Positions 25,349 through 32,645 of a DNA stretch of 33,704 nucleotides are shown here, piece after piece. The stretch lies in the IMG/VR virus record IMGVR_UViG_3300045988_105900; one strand, 5' to 3'. Source of the DNA: a virus. Position numbers and translations under genes: made by a program. Under the pieces are notes generated by a model, which made no database searches, was not told the origin of the DNA, and saw only the letters and a list, made by a program, of their open reading frames with translations. How positions within the stretch are numbered: position 1 is the stretch's first letter; the number at the start of each line of letters is the position of its first letter.

Positions 25349-25695
25349 GCGGCTATGCGCTCGCGTCCTTCGGGCGTTTTACGCCAGTTACGCCAAGTCT
25401 GATAGCTGACGCCATGCTCCAGCTTGAATTTCTTCTGCCATTTGCGGCAGGCGGCTTGGGTTTCCTCTCGATGCTGTTTCCGGTATCGCACCCAATAGTC
25501 GAGCATTCTTTCATGGTTTTCGTTCACCCACTTTTTCTTCAGCTTCCGCTTGTGCGCCGCCTTTTCGGGCGTCATGTCGGCGTAGTGGGTTACCGTCTTC
25601 TTTTTTCTGGCTGGGGGCATCGGCTTGGGCTGGCGCATTTTTTCGACGTCAGCCCAAGCCTCGCCGTCAAGCCATTCGGATAGGTCACCCTTCAT
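25315..25695 (-). CDS. Basic Trp-rich hypothetical protein
   Basis: Start at ATG 25695 (MKGDLSEWLD), overlapping the stop of the upstream small ORF. The track start at 25770 would run through that ORF. Lys/Arg/Trp-rich, possibly nucleic-acid binding. Confidence 0.45.
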   Translation of the reverse strand: MKGDLSEWLDGEAWADVEKMRQPKPMPPARKKKTVTHYADMTPEKAAHKRKLKKKWVNENHERMLDYWVRYRKQHREETQAACRKWQKKFKLEHGVSYQTWRNWRKTPEGRERIAAWEAEHGKEQQ

Positions 25696-25825
25696 CGTTC
25701 TTGTGGTTGATGAGGTCGATGATGCCTTTGACCGCGCCGATGAGAATGAGGATGACTCCTGTGCTTCCAAGCACGGACAGGACGATTACGAGCATGTACA
25801 GGCAGTTCATCATGAGCTCATGCAT
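25685..25825 (-). CDS. 46-aa single-pass membrane protein, not in the ORF track
   Basis: My own translation: MHELMMNCLYMLVIVLSVLGSTGVILILIGAVKGIIDLINHKNDEG. A perfect AAGGAG RBS precedes the start, and ATGCATGA overlaps the exonuclease stop. Confidence 0.55.
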   Translation of the reverse strand: MHELMMNCLYMLVIVLSVLGSTGVILILIGAVKGIIDLINHKNDEG

Positions 25826-26729
25826 TTTTCTTCTCCTTCACTACGCTGAGTCGGGTGGTTGTCGATGTTTTCTGGAATGGGGTCAGGTCTGCCGGATGCT
25901 GGCTGAAATACGCCTTGTAGTCGGTGGTTGTGCGCGTGGTTTCCACCAGTCTTGCGACATGTCCCGAACGTGAGACTCGCTCGCCGGGGTGTTCTTCCAA
26001 CCATGTGGAGAGCCGCTCTTTCAGCGCCTCGTACCGGTACTTCGCGGCCAACAGTTCGGAAAGCAGCCGTTGTCCGTCATTGTATGCGTCAGCTGGTTTT
26101 GCCGCACGCTCGTATTCGGTCGCATACCGTTCCAGTTCGCTCACTTCCATCACGTCCGGGATGATTACGATGTCGAGCGTTTCCTTGATTCGTTCGGTGA
26201 TGTATCCGGCGTCCATCATCTCCCATGACTGGGGTCGTTGCGCGTAGATGATTTCAGCATAGTCCGTGTCCATCATGCGGGCTTCTATCTGCGCTTGGGC
26301 AGCATACTGGTTGCGCTGTTCCGTGGAGAGGAACGCGTAGGACGGCTTGCTTCCGGTCTTCGCTTCGACGGTGTGCAGGAGGCCACCGAAGTCGCGGTAT
26401 GCTGCATCCAATGAGACGTGCAGGCGTCCGTCCGTGTAGAAACTGTTGTCATACCACGCGAGCTGCCCGTTCTCCAACCGGCTGACGGGAGTGTTCTTGT
26501 CAACGACGGTCAGTCGGAGGTGTTCGGCATACAGTTTGACGAGCATTGGCTCCCAAATGCTGCCGAACCGCAACGCGGATTGCAGTGCCGGAATGTCTGG
26601 AGGGGGGGAGGGTAGTTGTCCGGTGGCGATGAAATGCGCGAGGCTTGATGCGCCTATCGTTTCCTCGCGTGCTTTGAGCCATGTTGCACGGTCCGAGAAG
26701 ATTCGGTATGTCAGATTTCTTTCGTCCAT
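25818..26729 (-). CDS. YqaJ-like PD-(D/E)XK recombination exonuclease
   Basis: Start at ATG 26729 (MDERNLTYRIFSDRATWLKAREETIGASS). The track's N-terminal 94 aa are an Arg-rich read-through into the upstream gene. VSLDAAY...HTVEAKTG supplies the D...ExK motif. Confidence 0.7.
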   Translation of the reverse strand: MDERNLTYRIFSDRATWLKAREETIGASSLAHFIATGQLPSPPPDIPALQSALRFGSIWEPMLVKLYAEHLRLTVVDKNTPVSRLENGQLAWYDNSFYTDGRLHVSLDAAYRDFGGLLHTVEAKTGSKPSYAFLSTEQRNQYAAQAQIEARMMDTDYAEIIYAQRPQSWEMMDAGYITERIKETLDIVIIPDVMEVSELERYATEYERAAKPADAYNDGQRLLSELLAAKYRYEALKERLSTWLEEHPGERVSRSGHVARLVETTRTTTDYKAYFSQHPADLTPFQKTSTTTRLSVVKEKKNA

Positions 26730-27094
26730 CTCATTTTTCCTTCTGAATCGACGATGAGGATATCGTGGTAGACGTTCGTCATGTCCACCCAATTTTTGAA
26801 GAACAGCATGGTGTCTACGGCTTTCATGCCGTATAGGAGCATGACGTTCGCATTGTGTGCGGCGAGCGCCTTGAGTTCGCGGCACTGGTCTGGGCTTGGC
26901 TTGCCTACCGTGCGTTTCAGTTCGATGAACCACACGTTGCCGAGCGTGTCGACGGCGGTCACGTCGGGAAACCCGTTGCGTGAGCGTCCTTCGGTTTTCT
27001 GCACGTACCATCCTTGCTGTTCCAAGATTTTGATGAGACGGTTTTGGATGGTGGATTCCAATGGTTCCTGTCTATGGTTATTCAATTTCGGCAT
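26711..27094 (-). CDS. VRR-NUC domain nuclease
   Basis: GGAGG RBS. ESTIQNRLIKILEQQGWYVQK...GFPDVTAV...WFIELKRTVGKPSPDQ is the VRR-NUC signature. Confidence 0.8.
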   Translation of the reverse strand: MPKLNNHRQEPLESTIQNRLIKILEQQGWYVQKTEGRSRNGFPDVTAVDTLGNVWFIELKRTVGKPSPDQCRELKALAAHNANVMLLYGMKAVDTMLFFKNWVDMTNVYHDILIVDSEGKMRWTKEI

Positions 27095-27356
27095 TGTCAG
27101 CCTCCGTTATGCTAGTGGCGCTGACCCATACGGCGTAGGTGCCGTCCGGCTTGCGGCGCGTCACCGCGGCGTATTCGACCGTCGGCTCAGTCCATGCGAG
27201 CAGATGCTTGCGGACATGATAGGCGGTGGCGTTCGCGACGTTGCGTCTCCTGTATGAATGGTATTCGGCCCATTTGCCGAGATTGTTTTTGAGTGCAGTG
27301 TTGAACGCGGTGCTTTTCCGAATATTGGCGGGGGGGGTGTTTAGGAATTTCGTCAT
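27078..27356 (-). CDS. Hypothetical protein
   Basis: ATGA-coupled and fills the operon. No recognisable family. Confidence 0.45.
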   Translation of the reverse strand: MTKFLNTPPANIRKSTAFNTALKNNLGKWAEYHSYRRRNVANATAYHVRKHLLAWTEPTVEYAAVTRRKPDGTYAVWVSATSITEADNAEIE

Positions 27357-27550
27357 TCTTCTTCCTTTGGTTTGAAATATGCGGGTATGATTGATTTTGG
27401 TAGGATTCTGCCTTCGCGCTCCAACCGTTTAGCATGTGGGAACAGCCAGCCGCGTGACACTCCGAGTGCTTTCGCGGCTTGGCTGATGCTCATGCATGTG
27501 GTGAGCGCGTCAATCAGCGTATCGTCACTGTAGTGGATTGGCGCGTTCAT
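27353..27550 (-). CDS. Small helix-turn-helix DNA-binding protein
   Basis: CMSISQAAKALGVSRGWL is a classical HTH segment. 65 aa. Confidence 0.55.
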   Translation of the reverse strand: MNAPIHYSDDTLIDALTTCMSISQAAKALGVSRGWLFPHAKRLEREGRILPKSIIPAYFKPKEEE

Positions 27551-27556
27551 GGCTGG

Positions 27557-28096
27557 TTAGAACTCCGGCTCCGGCTCTTCGACACCAGCGTCTTCGACGG
27601 TCGGCTGGTTGTATGCGCCGAACTTGTGGGGGGCGGGGGTGCTGTTCTTTTCGACTCGAAGCAGCTGCACGCCGGTCAGGAAGTACGTGAGACGGCCTTC
27701 CTTCGTGGTTCCGATTTTGAACGCCACGTTGGCGAGCGTGCCATCACCCGGCTCTTCGGCCAGTTCGATGTCATTGGCGTTCTGGTCAACGATGCTGGGC
27801 CTCCACTTGGATGACAGGTTGATAAGCCATTTGCCGCGCTGCGGCTGGGTTCCGTCCTTGAGGGTGATGAGGTCACCATCCTTGTAGCGGAGGTTGTCAC
27901 CGTTGGCGCGCACGCCCAACTGTTTCGCCGACGCTACGAGTTCCTTGTGCACGTCGCCGTTCTTCGGGAAGGCGAGCTGCAACTGGTAGCTCGGTTCGAT
28001 GCCGCGCTGTTTCGCCGAGTCGGACTGGTATTTGTCTTTGATGTGGACGAATCGGATTTCGCCTACCGCTTCGATTTCGAGCATGTCATTTGCCAT
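27557..28096 (-). CDS. Single-stranded DNA-binding protein (T7 gp2.5-like / DUF2815-like)
   Basis: AAAGGA RBS, a beta-rich body, and an acidic C-terminal tail ending in Phe (EDAGVEEPEPEF), as in gp2.5-type SSBs. Adjacent to Erf. Confidence 0.6.
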   Translation of the reverse strand: MANDMLEIEAVGEIRFVHIKDKYQSDSAKQRGIEPSYQLQLAFPKNGDVHKELVASAKQLGVRANGDNLRYKDGDLITLKDGTQPQRGKWLINLSSKWRPSIVDQNANDIELAEEPGDGTLANVAFKIGTTKEGRLTYFLTGVQLLRVEKNSTPAPHKFGAYNQPTVEDAGVEEPEPEF

Positions 28097-28113
28097 TGTT
28101 TTTCCTTTCGGTT

Positions 28114-28587
28114 TTAGTTGAATTCTTCAGTGAGGGACGGGCGAGGGAGGGGGGCGGTGGCTTTTCCATCATCATCCATTACGGTGGTGAGCCCGAGCAG
28201 ATGGATGAGACCGTAGCGTCGATAGTAGGTTTCGAAACTGCCTACCTGTTGTGCAGCAGCAGCCGGATACGTGTAGCTGCTGCTTACCGCCTCACCGTGT
28301 TTCACCATGTCCATAAGGTTTTCACCCTCGTGCGCGCTCTCGTAGACTGCGACGGTGAGCGTGTTGTAGACGGTTGGCATGTCCGTGTCCGCGCCGATGA
28401 TTTCGCTTGCGCCTACCGCGGTCCAGCCCAAACCGTTTTCCACCATGCTTGACTTGACCAACTGCCAAATGTCGTTCAGTGTGGCATACTTGTAACCGTA
28501 TCCTTCGGCGGTGCGTTTCACCGCTTCGACGGACTGTTGCACGGCTGTGATTCGGGTGAATACGTCGTGTCGTTTGTCATTCGCCAT
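28114..28587 (-). CDS. erf: Erf-family single-strand annealing protein
   Basis: AAGGAAG RBS before ATG 28587 (the track start is 28638). GYKYATLNDIWQLVKSSMVENGL and QQVGSFETYYRRYGLIHLLGLTTVMDDDG are ERF family blocks. Confidence 0.7.
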   Translation of the reverse strand: MANDKRHDVFTRITAVQQSVEAVKRTAEGYGYKYATLNDIWQLVKSSMVENGLGWTAVGASEIIGADTDMPTVYNTLTVAVYESAHEGENLMDMVKHGEAVSSSYTYPAAAAQQVGSFETYYRRYGLIHLLGLTTVMDDDGKATAPLPRPSLTEEFN

Positions 28588-28957
28588 TGTTCTTCCTTTT
28601 TTCGATTTCGTTTTCGATGAGTGTTTCGTCAACTGCAAGGCTGTATGCCGTTGCTACGATATCATCGAAGTCCTGTTGTGTGTGCGGGAGGTGTTCGCTG
28701 AGCGCCAGTCCGGCTATGGTTGCAAGGTTTTCGTCGGTTGGGTTAGTCTCGTAGGCGTCTATGCGGCTCTGCCATACGTCGTGGCGTCCTTGCAGCCATG
28801 CGGTGAGCGCGTTCTGATAGTCTCGTGGCGTGTACGGTGTCGCGATTTCGAATGCGACTATGGTGCCTGCCACGTCTGCTCCGGCGTTGAGCGCACTGTT
28901 GGATAGGCAGCTTAGGTATGTCTCAACCTTGTTGCGAAAATATTCTGACTGATTCAT
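28577..28957 (-). CDS. Hypothetical protein
   Basis: GAGGT RBS. It is the first gene after promoter P4. No recognisable family. Confidence 0.45.
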   Translation of the reverse strand: MNQSEYFRNKVETYLSCLSNSALNAGADVAGTIVAFEIATPYTPRDYQNALTAWLQGRHDVWQSRIDAYETNPTDENLATIAGLALSEHLPHTQQDFDDIVATAYSLAVDETLIENEIEKRKNNGE

Positions 28958-28987
28958 TGTTTACCTCATTTCTTTGGTTTCATTATT

Positions 28988-29017
28988 ATTATATCATGGC
29001 GTGCCTTGCGACACGCC
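28988..29017 (-). promoter_or_regulatory. Leftward promoter P4 (extended -10 TGaTATAAT) overlapped by the inverted pair GGCGTGCC-ttgc-GACACGCC
   Basis: attata at 28988-28993 (TATAAT on the - strand), preceded by TGa. Boxes at 28998-29005 and 29010-29017 form an inverted repeat where the -35 would be. Confidence 0.5.
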
Positions 29018-29027
29018 CGAAAATCTA

Positions 29028-29528
29028 TCATACGTTCCAAAACATGTTGGAAACCCATACACCGCGTGCGTATTCAACCGGCGTACCCTCAAGCCACTTG
29101 AGGCAACCGTGGGGGGTAATAAGCGCCACTAGCCCCTGACCATCGAACACGTGATTGTGGTATCCGCCGTCAACCCACGCCTGAACCATGTTGCGAGAGT
29201 CTGAAGCATACGGCCCGTTCTCATACTTATATGCGATTCCATTATGCGCGATATACCCCCTATCGGTGCGGAACGGATGACAGTTGCGCGGCTCGACTGC
29301 CCCATGCGTGGCGAGACGGAAGTGAATCAGGCACGGGGCGTTCCTGAGCTGCTCCCAATGACTGAAGATGAATCCGACAACCTTCAGCGGGTCAATGTTT
29401 TTGAACACCCTCAGACGTTCTCCATCCCACCAGCTAACACCTCCACCGTCCGGATTCGACTCACTCATAGCGAGAATGTCGCACGGTTCCGGCATTGCGC
29501 CGGGTACTGCGGTTACGATAACACACAT
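29028..29528 (-). CDS. Class-II (Ntn, Cys2) glutamine amidotransferase-like thiol enzyme
   Basis: Starts MCVIV (nucleophile Cys after Met). LIHFRLATHG, NCHPF, IAHNG and SDSRN match YafJ/GATase_4-type class-II amidotransferase blocks. Confidence 0.8.
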   Translation of the reverse strand: MCVIVTAVPGAMPEPCDILAMSESNPDGGGVSWWDGERLRVFKNIDPLKVVGFIFSHWEQLRNAPCLIHFRLATHGAVEPRNCHPFRTDRGYIAHNGIAYKYENGPYASDSRNMVQAWVDGGYHNHVFDGQGLVALITPHGCLKWLEGTPVEYARGVWVSNMFWNV

Positions 29529-29550
29529 TGTTTTCCTCTTTTCTAACGGT

Positions 29551-29573
29551 GGGGGCGGGACGCTCCCGCCCCC
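29551..29573. other. 10-bp perfect GC hairpin between the amidoligase and GATase genes
   Basis: gggggcggga cgc tcccgccccc. No U tract on the coding (-) strand, so it is more likely an RNA-stability or processing element than a terminator. Confidence 0.5.
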
Positions 29574-29585
29574 GACAATTGGTTG

Positions 29586-31193
29586 TCAAGCGTTGTCCTC
29601 GGCGATATTCTTCCTGATTCGAGCATACCGGGCGCACAGTTCGGGACGCCCAGCACGCTTGTACAAGCGCAGTGCCGTACGTTCCAACGACTCCACGGTT
29701 GGCTTGCCATGGGAAGCTCGCGCCTTGCGACTGTACAAGATGTTTTCGAGCACCCGTTGCGCGTCAATGCGGCTGCGACGGTAATAGTCGCATCCGTCCC
29801 ATATCACCTCGCCGCCGGCTGCATGGTAGATGCGGAAGTAGCTGAGGCTACGACACGACTCGCCATGGTCCACAATCATCTTCGTAGCGCACTTAAGATA
29901 GATGTGCAGCGGTTGCAGATTGCGTGACGGAAAAGCGTAGGGGTGTGCGGTGCCGGATAGTCTTTCGTCAATGCCGTTGCGGCGGATTATTCGGCGATTC
30001 TGATTATCACACCATGCCTGACGTGCGCGGCGCGTGTCACCGTGGCTTGCGCGTGCGCGACGTGAAGCCCTGATGTTGGTTTCGACATTGCGGCGAACCT
30101 CCTTTGCGCGTTCCTTGCGCTCCAGCTCCTCTTTCGCATTTCGCATGGCTGCTGCGCGGTGTGCCGCGTCGAGACGTTCCTTAATGGTGAGGCGTGGCGT
30201 GTCGGCCACGCTATCGGCCATGCATGAGGCGTATCGCTCGATAACGCCCTCCTTGACCGTGCCGAGGGGGTGCTTTTCAAAAAACCGCCACATGGCGCGC
30301 GCCCACTTGACCGCCGGCTCAAGCTTGTCGGCACTGCCCGCATACCAGCAGTCAAACGTACGCAGCTCGATAGTGTCGGCGTGTTCGTCATTCACTGCCG
30401 TATGCTTGCCGGTGTACTCTCCATGATTGAGCTCGCACCAGTAATCATCGGACAAGTGGCGCATGTTGAGTCGCTCGCATTGCGTTCCGTCCAGTCCGCG
30501 CAACGCCCAATACCAGCGGCTTGCGCACTGGTTGGGGGTGCGTGCAACGTGGATGTGGCCGCCCGCGTTTTCGCCATAGTCGGGGATGCGTTCGACTAGT
30601 TTCACCAAGGCTGGAAGTTTGGACATGTCGAGAATATTGGTTTGCAATTCGACGCCACCAGCCTCCAATGACGGGTCACTGTCCCAGCCGGCAATGAGAC
30701 TCGATTCGGTGACGGCAGCCACGAAGTCGGTGTAGAGCTCGGATTCCATTTCGACTTCCACCCCGAACGTGAACTGCTTGCCGTTTCTGAAGGTGTACGG
30801 GTAGGTGTACTCGGTTTCCTTGGAGGCTAGGAGCGCCCCGTTGCCACGGTGACGCGGACAGCAGCAACCACCGTCCGAACTTCCCTCGCATCCCTCGCAG
30901 AGGATTGCGTCGCAATCGTAGGCCTTGCAATTATAGTAGGCGCTACTTGGGTCTAGTGGCGTTCCGCACTGCGCGCACCATGCTGTTTCGTCTTCAAAAT
31001 CCGTGTCATCGTAGACTCGGCGCATTTCGGAATCTGGCGTGCGGACGTAGAATTCGTCGCCGATTGCGACGCATTCTGCGGTGCCTTCCGGCCACCGGTT
31101 GCAGTATGTCCGGAAGAGATACTGTGGTATGCCGCTGCGGTCTATCCATTCGGCATACGGTTCACCTCCGAGGATTGCGATTCTTTCAGCCAT
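29586..31193 (-). CDS. Amidoligase_2 (glutamine-synthetase-like COOH-NH2 ligase) with an N-terminal Cys-rich module and an Arg-rich C-terminal extension
   Basis: AAGGAG RBS before ATG 31193 (the track GTG 31202 lies inside the RBS). FGVEVEME, WDSDPSLEAGGVELQT and NAGGHIHV are the three amidoligase blocks. The N-terminus has CAQCG...CEGCEGSSDGGCCCPRH. The C-terminus holds a repeat, SRRARASHG / SRKARASHG. Confidence 0.8.
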   Translation of the reverse strand: MAERIAILGGEPYAEWIDRSGIPQYLFRTYCNRWPEGTAECVAIGDEFYVRTPDSEMRRVYDDTDFEDETAWCAQCGTPLDPSSAYYNCKAYDCDAILCEGCEGSSDGGCCCPRHRGNGALLASKETEYTYPYTFRNGKQFTFGVEVEMESELYTDFVAAVTESSLIAGWDSDPSLEAGGVELQTNILDMSKLPALVKLVERIPDYGENAGGHIHVARTPNQCASRWYWALRGLDGTQCERLNMRHLSDDYWCELNHGEYTGKHTAVNDEHADTIELRTFDCWYAGSADKLEPAVKWARAMWRFFEKHPLGTVKEGVIERYASCMADSVADTPRLTIKERLDAAHRAAAMRNAKEELERKERAKEVRRNVETNIRASRRARASHGDTRRARQAWCDNQNRRIIRRNGIDERLSGTAHPYAFPSRNLQPLHIYLKCATKMIVDHGESCRSLSYFRIYHAAGGEVIWDGCDYYRRSRIDAQRVLENILYSRKARASHGKPTVESLERTALRLYKRAGRPELCARYARIRKNIAEDNA

Positions 31194-31261
31194 TGCTATC
31201 ACTCCTTAATAGATGGCTTTTTTTTCGTGCCCTTGCGGGACTTGCACCCGCATGTATGCTG

Positions 31262-31489
31262 TCAGGGCTGGACGGTCAGGACGTCGATGATGTGTAGCGT
31301 TTCGGGGTCCGTTGCGTCTTTTGCTGTTATCGCTGTGACTGTTGGCGTTTTGATGTGGACGCCATAGTCGGCGAGTGGTACCCATCGTACGGTGATACCC
31401 CCTTTGATTGCCTTTATGCTGCCGTTTGGTTTGCGGGTGATGTTGTATCCGCGCTCCTTCATGTTGCTGATGAATGTTTGCCGTTGCAT
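31262..31489 (-). CDS. Hypothetical 75-aa protein (weak HicA/YcfA-like look)
   Basis: GAGGAGG RBS. It is the first gene after promoter P3. FISNMKERGYNITRKPNGSIKAIKGGITV vaguely resembles the HicA fold pattern but lacks the catalytic His context. Confidence 0.5.
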   Translation of the reverse strand: MQRQTFISNMKERGYNITRKPNGSIKAIKGGITVRWVPLADYGVHIKTPTVTAITAKDATDPETLHIIDVLTVQP

Positions 31490-31517
31490 TGCTGCCTCCT
31501 CTTGCCTTTGTGGTTTT

Positions 31518-31558
31518 AATATATCATTTTAGTATTCTGTTGTCAACCCCGGCGTGTC
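31518..31558 (-). promoter_or_regulatory. Leftward promoter P3: GACACGCC-N4-TTGACA-N17-TATATT
   Basis: On the + strand: aatata at 31518-31523, tgtcaa at 31541-31546, ggcgtgtc at 31551-31558. Confidence 0.75.
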
Positions 31559-31589
31559 GCATTTCGCCATCACGCCGGAGGGGGTAGTA

Positions 31590-31970
31590 TCACAGCTCGG
31601 CCATGGTGTATGTTTTGTGGCGCATCGAACCGCATGCAATCACGTTAACCTGCTGTCCGTCCTTGACGGCCTTGCGCAACCACGGCAAGGTAACGCCCCT
31701 GAAAACGTCATCCGTCTGCGCGAGAAATTCCTTGACGTGGCGCAATGTCGTTGCGCTCAGGAGCCCCATTGCAACCTTGACCTCGTAGGTCTCGGGCACC
31801 ACGCCCCAGTCGCTTGTCGGCGTGACAGTCGCTACAGTGGTGTCGTACGATTTGAGTACGTAAATCATGCCGTTTTCGGTGTCCCACCGCTCGACAAAAG
31901 CCTTGCCATAGAAGGACTTGCGGCCATCATACTGCGGCTGTAGTTCGAACGTGCCTAGATATTCACTCAT
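31590..31970 (-). CDS. Hypothetical 126-aa protein
   Basis: AAGGAG RBS before ATG 31970 (the track GTG 31979 lies inside the RBS). It has its own promoter, P2. DGRKSFYGKAFVERW...LKSYDTTVATV is a motif I recognise only as 'phage hypothetical'. Confidence 0.6.
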   Translation of the reverse strand: MSEYLGTFELQPQYDGRKSFYGKAFVERWDTENGMIYVLKSYDTTVATVTPTSDWGVVPETYEVKVAMGLLSATTLRHVKEFLAQTDDVFRGVTLPWLRKAVKDGQQVNVIACGSMRHKTYTMAEL

Positions 31971-31999
31971 TTCAATCACTCCTTGTGGTTTTGGTTTTT

Positions 32000-32040
32000 A
32001 ATATACCGTATTTGTTGTCGAGCGTCAAGTATGGCGTGTC
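32000..32040 (-). promoter_or_regulatory. Leftward promoter P2: GACACGCC-N4-TTGACG-N17-TATATT
   Basis: On the + strand: aatata at 32000-32005, cgtcaa at 32023-32028, ggcgtgtc at 32033-32040. Confidence 0.75.
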
Positions 32041-32119
32041 GCAGTCGGCTGAATGCCGCAGCCTTGCCGCGCCGGCAATGGAGCAACACCCACTTTTGAG
32101 GGTGCCGCCCCACCGGACC

Positions 32120-32302
32120 TCAGGCGAGGGCCGCCCAGCTGCCTTCAAGGTCAGCATACCCCCTTGGGTCATCCGTCACACCCAGTGGCGTGAGCTCCCC
32201 GTCGCGGTAGGCGTAGACCTCGCCGGCTGAGGTGATGAACACCCCCTCGCCCCCTTGGACGTATCCCTTGCCGCTCAATGCCTTATGCATTTTGTCCTCC
32301 AT
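32120..32302 (-). CDS. Hypothetical 60-aa protein
   Basis: It is the first ORF downstream of promoter P1. Weak AAAGAG RBS. No recognisable family. Confidence 0.45.
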   Translation of the reverse strand: MEDKMHKALSGKGYVQGGEGVFITSAGEVYAYRDGELTPLGVTDDPRGYADLEGSWAALA

Positions 32303-32325
32303 CTCTTTGTTTGGTTGATACTTAT

Positions 32326-32365
32326 AATATACCGGATATGACGTCGTGTGTCAAGTCGGCGTGTC
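32326..32365 (-). promoter_or_regulatory. Leftward promoter P1: GACACGCC-N3-TTGACA-N17-TATATT
   Basis: On the + strand: aatata at 32326-32331, tgtcaa at 32349-32354, ggcgtgtc at 32358-32365. Confidence 0.75.
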
Positions 32366-32409
32366 GCGATAATGGTTCTCAATACCAAGCCCATGAGTTA
32401 CGAACCCGG

Positions 32410-32562
32410 TTAACAGATGAACGCGGTTAACGCTTGAACCATGTTAACAGATGAACCCACTTAATGCATTGACCTACTTAATGCATGTCATAGGTTAACG
32501 CATGTCATTGGTTAATGAATGAACACACTTAACGGATGGACCGAGTTAATGAATGCCTAATG
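32410..32562. repeat. Nine tandem 17-bp repeats (iteron/operator-like), consensus TTAAYRnATGnAC + 4 nt
   Basis: Units start at 32410, 32427, 32444, 32461, 32478, 32495, 32512, 32529 and 32546, an exact 17-bp phase. Examples: ttaacagatgaac, ttaacgcttgaac, ttaatgcattgac, ttaatgaatgaac. Confidence 0.9.
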
Positions 32563-32576
32563 AGAACCGTTCTCAC

Positions 32577-32616
32577 GACACGCCAACTTGACGTCATGTG
32601 TCAAGTGATGTATGCC
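32577..32616 (+). promoter_or_regulatory. Rightward promoter PR: GACACGCC-N3-TTGACG-N17-TATGCC (weak -10)
   Basis: gacacgcc at 32577-32584, ttgacg at 32588-32593, tatgcc at 32611-32616. It has the same architecture as P1-P3 in mirror orientation. Confidence 0.5.
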
Positions 32617-32645
32617 ATAGGTATCACCCAACCAAGGAGGAAACA

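Noticed and set aside
32410-32562. Whether the tandem repeats are a CRISPR array
   Set aside because: The units are only 17 bp, contiguous, and have no unique spacers. No cas genes or leader are present. They fit iterons or operators, not CRISPR.
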